From NCBI RefSeq assembly GCF_963921235.1, contig NC_086101.1, positions 8,496,001 to 8,560,000 on the forward strand: a stretch of DNA of 64,000 nucleotides. The letters run 5' to 3'. The DNA comes from Mobula hypostoma (Eukaryota). Below, piece by piece: positions 25,636 to 36,831 of this stretch (positions are counted from its first letter, which is position 1; the number at the start of each line of letters is the position of its first letter). Made by a program: the position numbers and the translations under genes. Under the pieces are notes generated by a model. It saw only the letters and a list, made by a program, of their open reading frames with translations. It was not told where the DNA came from and searched no databases.

Positions 25636-26060
25636 GCAAAAGTTTTAAAAAGTTGATTTTTTAAAAATAAAAGTGACAGTATTTCGAGGGAGTGCTGGGG
25701 AGTTCCCCGTATATTTCGAGGTGGAGAGGAGTGACACCTCGACCACGTTCAGAGGTGCTCTGCTCCCTGGGGGCCTGCTGCATGGGCTGATGAAAGAAGA
25801 AAGGGGATGTGGGGATTTCTGATGAGCAAAAGTCAATCATAATTGTTCCAGGTTGGTTATGTGACTTAACCAACAGAGCAAGTTACCTCTGCTCCCCCTC
25901 CCCTCTCTCAGCCACTGACCCTGCTAGGAACCCTCCTTCCTTCTGCCCTTCCATACTCCTATTTCCTCGGTAACACCCCACGTCCCTTTGAATGTTTCAC
26001 TGTCCACTTCAGACTCCAAGGGCAGGAGGAGGCCATTCTGCCTGTTCACCATTCAGAGGG
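25636..26060. repeat. Diverged local duplication, copy 1 (non-coding, kB-like motifs)
   Basis: Colinear anchors with 29725-30140: gcaaaagtttt, taaaaataaa.gtgacagtatttc, ccgtatatt, ctccctgggg, ggctgatgaaag, tgtggg.atttctgatga, tgtgactt, ttcctc.gtaacacc. Confidence 0.85.
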
Positions 26061-29000
26061 AGCATGGTTGATCTATTATCTGCGTTCCCTCCTGCAGCAA
26101 CCCTGCAGCTGATGGAAGGGGCTAGCACATGTTTAATGGGAAGAAAGGCCTGTTTCCTATGGGTCTAGGAACACAAGAAAATAGTAATAGGTCACCATGC
26201 CCTTCAAACCTACCCAGCCACTGAACACGATTATGTCTGATCTATACTGGCTGGCCTCTGTCCTGCACCAGTTCTCCATAACACCACCTTAAGTATATCA
26301 GATAAATAGGTCTTCACGTTCTGCAGTAGCGAAGAAATCTGGAGATTCATTGCCTTGTGAGAGACAAAATTTCGCCATACCTCAACGACCCTTTCCTATG
26401 TAACCATGTCCCTGTCTGTGACTCTCTCACTTAGCATCTCCTCTATCTAAATAAGTCACCCCTCATTCTTCCAAACATAGGAATATGGGTATCAGACTGT
26501 CTAGCCTTTTTCAATCGGATGACCCAGGAATGAGACCAGTGAAAACACTGGGGACATTTAAGGGACTCTTCGATAGACAGATGGATGAAAGAAAAATGGA
26601 GGGCTCTGGAAGAGGGAAGGGTTGGATTAACCTTGGAGTAGGTCAGAGATAGCACAACATTGTGGGCTGAAGGGCCTGTACCATGCTGTACTGGTCTATA
26701 AATCTCCTTTGGACTGTCTCCAGTACTCTGCATGCTTTTTTTTCCAAGTAAGGCAACCAAAACTGTACACAATAGTTAAAGATGTCACCATAGGTTTTTG
26801 CAGACCTGGGTGACTTCTTCGAGTTCAGCCACAAAACAGCTTAAGTCGTCTGTTCTCATGTCTTTTTTTCCCTTTTCTAGCTGGCTGGTGTCCCGTCAGA
26901 GTCCATGATCTAAACCTGTGGTCAAACTGCACTCTTCACAGGCGATGGGTTCTCGCTCTCTGGAACTCACCAAGTGGCCTGCGTTTCGGTATCTCCAGGA
27001 GAGCTTGCAAGGTGTGGCCCCATGGCCGACCTGATTCCTCACTGAAACGTCGCGGAAGATCGAAACATCGAGAAAGCGGGCGGCCAGAGGCCTCAGAACG
27101 AGAGAGAGGAGAGACAGAGAGATTGCTGATTCTCAAGTCAGGAGAATTGAAATAAGTAGGAGTGATAGCTCTCCCTCCCTCATTAGTGAGGGAGAGGGCC
27201 TTTAGAGATACCGAAATATTGGGATGGGCAGTAGTTTTCGATGGTCTATTGATCATGATCTCTGTGCTCTTGCTATTGCTTGGTGGGTGGTGGTTGATGC
27301 TTTTTGCTGGAACAAGTTGGGGAAGGGTTGATGCTCTGCTGCAGTTTGAGTGAGGAAAGAGGGAGGGAGTTTTGGGTTCTACTGTTTTTTTGTCATTCAT
27401 TCTTTGGGTTTTGTTTTCTCTCTGTTTCATGATTGCCTGTGAAGAGTAAGATTTCAGATTGTATACGGTATACATTCTCTGGCATTAAATTGGACCAATA
27501 TTCCAGCCATGCCCTGCACAGCTGAAACAGGACCTCCCTATTCTTTGCGATAAAGGTCAATATGCTGCTTGCCTTGTTAACAGCTCGTGAAAGAAAGATG
27601 AGCTGTATTTGTCACATGTACGTCGAAACACACAGTTTGCGTCAACCACCTACACAGCAAGGATGTGCTGGGGGCATCCCACAAATGTCGCCACGTTTGT
27701 GGTGCCAACATAGCGTGTCTACAACTCACTACCCACACATGTTTGAAATGAATTTATTTTTTGAGATGCATGCAGAATCTGACCTTACAGCCCTACGTGC
27801 CACGCCGCCAAGGGATCCTAGCCTAATCACAGGACGATTTACAACAACCAGTTCACCTACCAACAAGTTGCTGTTGTTGCTTTGTTTTGTTGCTGTTGTT
27901 TATGTCACTCTGCAGAACATTGTAGGCCTGCTATGTTGGTGCCCGAGTGTGTGGTGATGCTTGCTGGCTGCCTCCAGCACATCCTTGGGGTGTGTTGGGT
28001 TGTTAACACAAAAGGTGCATTTTACTATGTGTTTCGATGTACATTTGGAAATAAATGAAGCTGAATAAATTAATCCTTCCATTTACTGTATATTTACAGT
28101 ATGTGTAAACACCTGTTCACGGACATCAGGGAGGAGGCTACATGGCATCCACACCAGGACCACCAGACTCAAAAACAGTTACCTTCCCCCAGCACTAAGA
28201 CTGAGCAACTCCTCCACCCACAAACGCCACCACTACTTCATTATTTCCCAACAGTCACTTAATGTACAGCCTATCATCACCTTCTGGACATAAATCAATC
28301 TCTATATAAAGTATCTTACGTGTTTACATTTATTTATATGTGGCCTGGTCTATTATTATTGTTGTGTCCTTTATCTTTTGCGGTTCCTTTTTGTGCCACA
28401 TCGGCCTTGGAAGTAACAATAATTATGTTCTCCTTATGCCTGTGTACAGCAAATGGCATTAAACAATCTTGAATCTCTTGGGCCGATTTTGTTCCTTCTC
28501 CGTGATGATCATCTCCATGGCGCTGAGGCTATGAAGACTGCCCTGGCTGCTGTGCTCCGTGCCTGCTGATATGGTGAACTGACAAGTGAGGCTTTGGGCC
28601 TACTCTGGGCTGCTCGGGGGTTCAGGTCTGAAGACTTAATTTTGGTTCGGAATGCTGTTGTTCACTTCAATTGTTTGCATAATTTTGTTTTTCTTTGTTG
28701 CATATCAGATGTTGGTCTCTTATTTTTATTATTTTTTTTTTAATTGGGTTCTTTCAAGTTTCTTGCTCTGTGGCCACCTGTGAGCAAGCTTATCTGAAGG
28801 TTGCATAATTTTTACATTCTTTGATAATAAATGTAGTTGAATCTTGAATCACCAGCCATGACAGCACATTCCCTGCACCTACCACTCTCCACGTTAAAAA
28901 AAAAACGTGCCCCTCAGATCTCCTGTGAACTTCTCCCTCTCACCTGAAATGCTTGTCATTTTTACCCTGGGTAAAGTTTCTGACTGCCTACCCTATCTAT

Positions 29001-29724
29001 GCCTCCTATAATTTTACAAACTTCAGTAAGTCTCTGATTAGCCTTTGGCACTTAGAGAAAACAATCCAGGCTTGTCATCCCAAATCCCCAAGACGTGCAA
29101 GATGGCAAGTTAATTGGATGCTACCATTTACCCTCAGCATAAATGTTGGCAGGACACAGGGGTTGGGGGGGGGGGGAGTTGATGGAAATGTGGGAGGCAA
29201 TAACTGAAAAGGAAATGAGTGGACAGAATTCTGGCATAAAGGTGATGGGCCACAAGGGCCCATACTATGGCATGAGTCACCTCTTCTCATTTCCCATTCT
29301 CTACTCCGAGGGAATTTCTACGTTAGGCAATACTGGATGATAAGATCTGAAAAAAACCAGGAAACTGCAGATGCTGGAAATCTGAAATAAAAATAGAAAA
29401 TGCTGGAAGCACTCAGCAGGTTCAGCAACCCCACTGAGAAGAGAAACGGGGTTCGAGTTTCAGGCCAGTGATTCTCTCCACATGCTGCCTGACCAGCTGA
29501 ATGCTTCCAGAATTTTCTGTCTTTATTAAAGCTCTTGTGCTTCTACTTTCTTAGAAATTTCTGAATTCAGCATGTCATCTAAAACCATCCGGTTTGTCCC
29601 AGGCCGGGTTATTCTCCAGAACCTGACTCACCCCATCCTGTCACCAGAACAGATTTCACCATATTAGATGGTATCAATTTCACCGTGATCAGGCAGGACC
29701 CTGAGGTAAGGAAACAGATACTTT

Positions 29725-30140
29725 GCAAAAGTTTTTACAAGCTCAACTTCTAAAAATAAATGTGACAGTATTTCAAGGGTTCTCCGTATATTCTGAGGGG
29801 TGAGATCTCAACGACCTTCTGGGGCGTGACACTCCCTGGGGACCTGACCTTCTGGCTGATGAAAGGAGACGGGAGTGAAAGATGGTGTGGGAATTTCTGA
29901 TGAACAAATCCCAACAGTGATTGTGGTTGGCGTTGTGACTTCACCCACAGACTGAGGTTCATCTACATCTCTTTCTTTCTCTCCCCCTCTCCCCCCCCTC
30001 TCCTCTTTGTCCCTAGCTAGAGCTCTCCCTCGATCTGCCCTTCCTCAGTAACACCAAATCTCACCCCTTACCAATCACTCATCTTCCACCTCAAGCTGCA
30101 GGAGTGGGAGGAGGTCAATCAACCTTTCTGCCATTCAGCA
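29725..30140. repeat. Diverged local duplication, copy 2
   Basis: Same orientation as copy 1, about 4.1 kb downstream, with the same ordered anchors. Confidence 0.85.
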
Positions 30141-30529
30141 AGAACACGGTTCACAGGTTAGTTTGGACTCCATGCCTAAGGTAAGAGGTGCTGGCCCTGG
30201 AGGGGGACCAGGGGAGGTTGACAAGGAATGAAAGGGTTAACATATGAGGTGGATTTGATGTCTCTGGGTCTGTACTGGATAGAGTTCAGAATGGTGAGGG
30301 GGGGGGGGTTGGTGGTTCTCATGAAAACCTACCAAATGCTGGAAAGCCTGCAGAGAGTGGACATGGAGAGGATGTGTCAAGGATCTGAGAGCACAGACTT
30401 GCAATAAAGGAACGTCCCTTTAGAACTGACATGAAGTGCAGTTTCTTCAGCCGGAGGGTGGTGAATCTGTGCAGTTCGTTGCTACAGACGGCTATGGAGG
30501 CCAAGTCACTGGGTGTATTTCAGGCAAAG

Positions 30530-30810
30530 TTTATTTATTTATTGAGATACATCACGGGATAGGCCCTTCCAGTCCTTTGAACTGTGATGCCCAGTAATTG
30601 CCCAATTTAACCCTAGCCTAATCACGGGAAAATTTACAATGACCAATTAACCCACCAACCAGTGTGTCTTTGGACTCTGGGAGGAAACTGGAGCACCCGG
30701 AGGAAATCCACGCGGTCACAGGGAGAACGTACAAACTCCTTACGGACAGTGAAGGGAATTGAACCCAGGTCACCTGTACTGTAAAGCGTCGTGCTAACCG
30801 GTACACCACA
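30530..30810 (-). mobile_element. tRNA-derived V-SINE (HE1-like)
   Basis: The minus strand has an A-box-like start, the B-box GGTTCAATTCC and the V-domain ggagtttgtacgttctccctgtgaccgcgtggatttcctccgggtgctccagtttcctccca. Related copies occur at about 18130-18430, 47280-47460 and 51260-51440. Confidence 0.8.
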
Positions 30811-33800
30811 GCTCTCGATTGGTGAGGGGTTAAGGAGGATTGGAAGGTGGGAGAGTGGGGCTGAAAGAAAATCAGTCATGATTGGATGGCAGAGCCAACT
30901 CGAAGAGCCAAATAGCCTAATTCTGCTCCCATACGTCACGGTCTTGTTCCTTGAGGTCTTTGACCAATCCAGCAGCCCCCCCGTTATCTTCCTAAACCCT
31001 CTTAGTTCAGCACAGCCAGAGTTTTGAGGCAACATATCATGTCAAACTTCTTTCTCAATTCACTTCCACCACCTTTGATCCCATCAAAATCTCTTTGTCA
31101 GATGCTGTCAATGAGAATGATGGAAAATAACTGACTTGTTAGTCTGTCTGGGAGCAAAGGATTTCAAAGCTTGGAATAGCCTGTCCCCTCCTTTAATATT
31201 CCAACATCAGGAACACAAGTCACAATAAAAGTAAAAATATATTATCTAAGTACATGCTTGTCACCATATGCACACCTGAGATTCATTTTCTTGCGGGCAT
31301 CCACATAACCACACAGGGCACTGAGAGAGAGAGGGACCTACTCTGACAATGAATTCTCAGGCAAAGAGCTTGACTACTTAGACTGGGTTGAGAAGTATCT
31401 CACTGTATGTTTCAATGTACACACAATAAATACATAAATCTGAATCTGACGACTTCTCCCAAAGGTTTGTGAATCCGGGCAATTCTTTTTCAAAGAGTTT
31501 TGCGGCAAATGTGAGGTATTGCAACTTGGGAGATGAAATGTAAGCGTGAAGTGGCAGGACCCCTTAACAGGGTTGGTGTACAGAGGGGTCTCAGGCTCCA
31601 AGTCCATAGTTCCCTGACAGTGGCTGCATGAGTAGATAAGGTGGTAAGGAGGGTATATGGCATGGCATTCCTTTGTTGGTCAAGGCATTGAGTTCAAAGG
31701 TCAGGAAGTCATGTTGCAGTTTGATGGGCTGCATCAGTTGTACTGCATCCATTTTTGGTCACCCCATTACTGGAAGAATTTGGAACAGCTGCAGAAACAG
31801 AGTTCACCAGGATGTGGCTTGATGAGAAGGCATGTGCTATAAGGAGCAGTTGGACAGTCGTTTGCACTGAAGCAGTGGAGGCTGATGGAAGATTATAAGT
31901 TTATCAGAGGCATGGTATGTTACCTTTCTCTATAGGGCCAAAATCTCTAATACTCAAGGGCATGCATTTAAGGTGAGAGGGGGGAAGATGGAGGATTTTT
32001 ACACAGCGAGTGATTGATGCCTGCAATGCACTGCCTGGGGCAGTGGTAGAGGCAGGTGCATTAGAGACATTTAACAGACTCTTAGATGGGCACATGAATG
32101 TGTAGAGAATGGAGGGATACGGACTGTGTAAACTGAAGGAATGAGGTGTCACTAACTGAATCAGATCACCACAGCACCATGAGCCGAAGGGTGTGTTCCT
32201 GTGCTGTACTGTTCTCTGTTCAATGTAAATGTCACCACAGGGAGAAAATACCGGGCCTACTTCGTGTTGAACATTATTCACTGCAGTTTTGTTTAAGGTG
32301 AAGTTGTAATTTTATCTCATGTTTGGGGGAAAGATATCAACATTCCCCCAGCGGAATGGTGGCATGTGACTCACAGGCTCCTTCCCATAAACCTCTTCCT
32401 AGTCCTTCCTCATCTGGGATAGGTTTCTACCCAGATGTTCCCTCCTTCTACACATTTCCAGACTCGCTTGAAATTTCAGTTTAAAAAAAAAACAAACATG
32501 TTTCTGTTTGAGCAACACACACGAAATGCTGGAGGAACTCAGCAAGCCGGGCAGCAGCTATGGGGGGGAAAGAAAAAGTACAGTCAAACCCCTTTGGCTG
32601 GGCAGGAAAAAGTGGTACGAGCTGGTGGCAAAGACATGTTCCCAGGAAGGATACATGGCTGTAGTAGCGGGTCAGGGTAAGCACATGGTGGAGGAGTCAG
32701 AGGGCAACAGATATCACACGGCCGGGGGTGCGGGTGGTGAGCAGTTTTAGAGGGTTTCACAGAACTGCCGTTGAAGAGAAGATACTAAAGAATCTCAGCC
32801 CGAAACGTCAACTGTACTTTTTTCCCCATAGATGCTGCCTAGCCTGCAGAGTTCCTCCAGCATTTTATGTGTGTTGCCTTGGATCTCCAGCATCTGCAGA
32901 TTTTCTCTTGTCTGTGTTTCTGTTTGATCTTTGAGCCAGTAATTATTATTGAAAATTAGGAGGAAGCCACGCAGTCCATCAAGTCTGTCCTTGGCTGTAT
33001 ACTTTAACCAGCCCATCTGTTTTGACTGCACTATATATTTCCATAGATATTTACAGCTTGGAAAGAGAGCCTTTGGCCCAACTGGCCTATACTGGTCAAG
33101 ATGTTTATTCAACCCCGTCACATTTGGTTGACTTTGGACTGTATCATTGGCTGAAAAAAAGTTTTATTTTTATTGTTTCATTATATTTATAGTTTTATTC
33201 TTGATCTGAATTTGCATACCATTGCTGCTTTTAAATTTTATATCTTCTCTTTCTTTAAGATATTTTGGCCCCTTGAGTCTCTGAGCAAATGTACTGATCT
33301 CCCTTTCCCCCTGTAAACTACCCACCACACATTCCCATCAACTGCATCCCAGGTTTTATCACTCACCGACATATTACAGGTGATTTACCCCAGGCAGTTA
33401 ATGTGCTCACATACAAACCCCACACGGACAGTACCCGAACTTGGGTCGCTGGAGAGGCGAGGCAGAGGCTCTGTCCACGTGACCCAGCTCCATAAGACAG
33501 AATTAGGCCCATTGCGTTTGCTCCACCATAACTGGTTTATTGTCCCTCTCAACTCCATTCCCCTGCTTTCGCCCCGTAACCTTTAACATTCTTACTAATC
33601 AAGAATCTATCCACCTCTGCATAAATGTACTCATTGACTTGGCCTACGCAGCTGCCTGTGGCAGTGAATTCCACAGACTGGCTGAAGAAACTCCTCCACA
33701 TCTCTATTCTAAAGGGATGCTTGGATCTTTCCTCGATGTGGAAGTTTACCAAGGTGGTACAGTACGGTGAAGCAGTGGCCTCAGTTACCTCATTATCTTT

Positions 33801-35304
33801 CTCACTCTTTCACTGCTTTCTGCCAGTGAAAGGTTATGGGGGTGGAGAGGGTACAAACATGTGGAGGACGCCAATGTCCTGGTAGCCCTACTCTGGCCCT
33901 GGCTGGACGAGCTATTCATGGGTTAGGTAGGCAGCCAGCCAAAGGCTCCAGCCATGCTGACAACCAGGCTTGCTTCTGGGCCTATATTCATGCCGAGGTG
34001 TTGCTGGGAAAAAGGCATGCGGTGTCCACAGACACATGGCAGGGGCTCTGGGAGTGTTTGCACCACAGGGGGTTATTTGCATAGAACCAGAGAGCAAGAC
34101 ATCACAGATACAGGCCCTTTGGCCCAACCAGGCTATGCTAGCCAACTTGTCTCAATTTCCTGCGTTCAAAATCACATTAAATATCAGTGGCATTTAACCT
34201 GAAATGTTGTTGTTTTGTGGCAACAGTACATTACACTACATAACAATAAAAACTATAAATTACAATAAGAAGCATATATTTTAAATATTAAATAAGTCAT
34301 GCAAAAAGAGAGCAAAACAACACTGAGGAAGTGTTTGGGTTCATTGTCCATTCAGAAATCTGATGGCAGAGGGGAAGAAGCTGTTCCTAAATCATTGAGT
34401 GGGTGTCTTCAGGTTCCTGTACCTCCTCCCTGATGGTAGTAATGAGAAGAGGGCATGTCCTGGGCGATGGGGACACAATAGACAATAGGTGCAGGAGTAG
34501 GCCATTCAGCCCTTTGAGCCAGCACCACCATTCACTGTGATCATGGCTGATCATCCACAATCAGTACCCTGTTCCTGCCTTCTCCCCATATCTCTTCACT
34601 CCGCTATCTTTAAGAGCTCTATCTAACTTTTTTTTGAAAGAATCCAGAGAATTGGCCTCCACTGTCTTCTGAGGCAGATCATTCCACAGAACCACAACTC
34701 TCTGTGTGAAAAAGTTTTTCCTTAACTCCGTTCTAAATTGTCTATCCCTTATTCTTAAACTGTGGCCTCTGGTTCTGCCTTTCTGAGGCACAAACTTTTG
34801 AAAACGTCCTTGATGCTGGAGAGGCTAGTGCCCATACCCCTGCGAGCCCTGCCCCTCCACCCAAATGATACTTTTGCAGCTACCTCAACCAGTTCCTCTG
34901 GTAGGTCATTCCAAATACTCACCTGCACTTTATCGTTGACCGGCACTGCACTCTTTCAGTAGCTTTTACACTTTATTGTTACTGTTTTACCTTGTTCTAG
35001 CTCAGTGCACTGTGTAGCGATCTGATCTGATCAGAATAGGCAGTATGCAAGCCAGGCTTTTAACAATAATGAACCAATACCAATAAATGTTTTCCCCTCT
35101 CACCTGAAACCTGTCCCCTCGTTTTGGATGCCCCTACCTGGGGAAAAGGGCTGTTGCCTTCCACCTTTTCTATGCCTCATAATTTAAGCCACAAGACAAG
35201 ATATAGAGCAGAATTAGGCCATTCTGCCCATCGAGTCTGCTCCACCTTTTCAACATAGCTGATCCAATTTTCTTCTCATCCCCAACCTCCTGCCTTCTCC
35301 CCAG

Positions 35305-35802
35305 TTCTGGTCACCTCACTATAGGAAGGATGTGGAAGCATTGGAAAGGGTACAGAGGAGATTTGCCAGGATGCTGCCTGGTTTAGAAAGTATACATTAT
35401 GATCAGAGATTAAGGGAGCTAGGGCTTTACTCTTTGGAGAGAAGGAGGATGTGAGGAGACATGATAGAGGTGTAAAAGATAATAAGAGGAATAGATAGAG
35501 TGGACAGTCAGCGCCTCTTCCCCAGGGCACCACTGCTCAATACAAGACGACATGGCTTTAAGGTAAGGAGTGGGAAGTTCAAGGGGGATATTAGAGAAAG
35601 GTTTTTACTCAGAGAGTGGTTGGTGCGTGGAATGCACTGCCTGAGTCAGTGGTGGAGGCAGATACACTAGTGAAGTTTAAGAGACTACTAGACAGGTATA
35701 TGGAGGAATCTAAGGTGGGGGCTTATATGTGAGGCAGGGTTTGAGGGTCAGCACAACATTGTGGGCTGAAGGGCCTGTACTGTTCTGTACTATTCTATGT
35801 TC
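35305..35802 (+). mobile_element. CR1 3' fragment nested in an opposite-strand CR1 3' UTR fragment
   Basis: QFWSPHYRKDVEALERVQRRF-type coding sequence and a tattctatgttct tail split the flanking ...tgccttctcccc|ataacccttcatgccc... sequence. Confidence 0.75.
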
Positions 35803-36429
35803 TATAACCCTTCATGCCCTGACCAATCAAGAATCTATCAACCTCTGCCGTAAATATACAGGAAGACTTGGCCTCCACAGCCACCTGAGGCAACAAATTC
35901 ACCACTCTCTGGCTAAACACTGTTGTCGTGATTTAAATACTTAAGCAATTTTAAGCAGCCAGGCGCTGACTCTCAAATAATAAATTCCACTCCTGACTGA
36001 TAACTCATCCTGGATACATCCGGAATCAGGGAGGGAATGTTTTAATCTATCTGCCGTTATTTTGGGTGATTTCTTGGAGACCATAAGAGCAAGATTAGCC
36101 ATTCGGCCCATCAAGTCTGTCTATCATGTCTGATTTACTATCCATCCCATTCTCTTATCTTCTCCCCGTAACGTTTGACGTCCTCACTAATCAACCTCTG
36201 CTTTAATGACCTGACGTCCGCAGCTGCCTGTGGGAATGAATTCTACAGATTCACCACCCTCTGGCTAAAGAAATTCCTTCTCATCCGCTTTCTCCTGAGA
36301 CTGTGCCTCTCAGTTCTGGGCTCCCCCACTATGGGAAACGTCCTCTACACATCATTCAACTTAAGCCTTTCAATATTTGTCATAGGCTGCAGTACTTGTA
36401 ATAAACTTGTTCTTATGAAAGAAACCAGG

Positions 36430-36714
36430 GAGACCTCACGACCCCCCGAGACTCGCGCTGTCACAGCAGAAGTCGGGATGTGGGGGAAAACTACACTGTT
36501 TACAGTTAAAAGCCGCTCAAATTTCCCCTCTCGTCCCCAATCCACATTCCCAGTTTCCCAGAGGACTCTTCGATATTTGCAGCTGCGCCTGCTTTATTTC
36601 CTTCTTAAAAAAAACACGTTTAAAAACAATAAAATTTCTCGGGGAAAGCACCGAGCGCATGGGGAGGTATAATTGCGCGGGCAGGCGCTGGTGGAGGAGA
36701 ACGCCCCAGAGCTG
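36430..36714 (+). promoter_or_regulatory. Putative promoter of the TNFSF gene (CpG-rich; kB-like and TATA-like motifs)
   Basis: Repeat-free and CpG-enriched. Contains GGGGAAAACT (36483-36492), AAATTTCCCC (36519-36528), GGGGAAAGCA (36641-36650) and TATAATT (36668-36674). Motif matches only. Confidence 0.55.
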
Positions 36715-36831
36715 ATGGCCGGAACACGGATCGTAGATCGAAGCCTCCTGTGGTACTCGGCGCTGCTCACCGTCCTGCTGGTCTGTTCCAACCTTGCGCT
36801 GGGCTTGTATTTCCGCAGGCTCGGACTCCAG
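36715..36831 (+). CDS. TNFSF coding exon 1 (cytoplasmic tail and transmembrane helix)
   Basis: MAGTRIVDRSLLWYSALLTVLLVCSNLALGLYFRRLGLQ then CAG|GTAAGG. An in-frame TAA at 36670 makes 36715 the first usable ATG. CpG-rich context. Confidence 0.87.

Noticed and set aside
25786..25830. CTGATGA motifs in both duplicated blocks as C/D snoRNA boxes or hammerhead cores
   Set aside because: The TGATGA-to-CTGA spacing is only about 30 nt or inconsistent between copies, with no terminal stem. No stem II followed by GAAA as a hammerhead needs.
25645..29962. Similar minus-strand ORFs 25645..25836, 25661..25873 and 29750..29962 as duplicated small proteins
   Set aside because: The similarity switches between frames in copy 1, so it reflects DNA-level homology with non-triplet indels rather than coding constraint.
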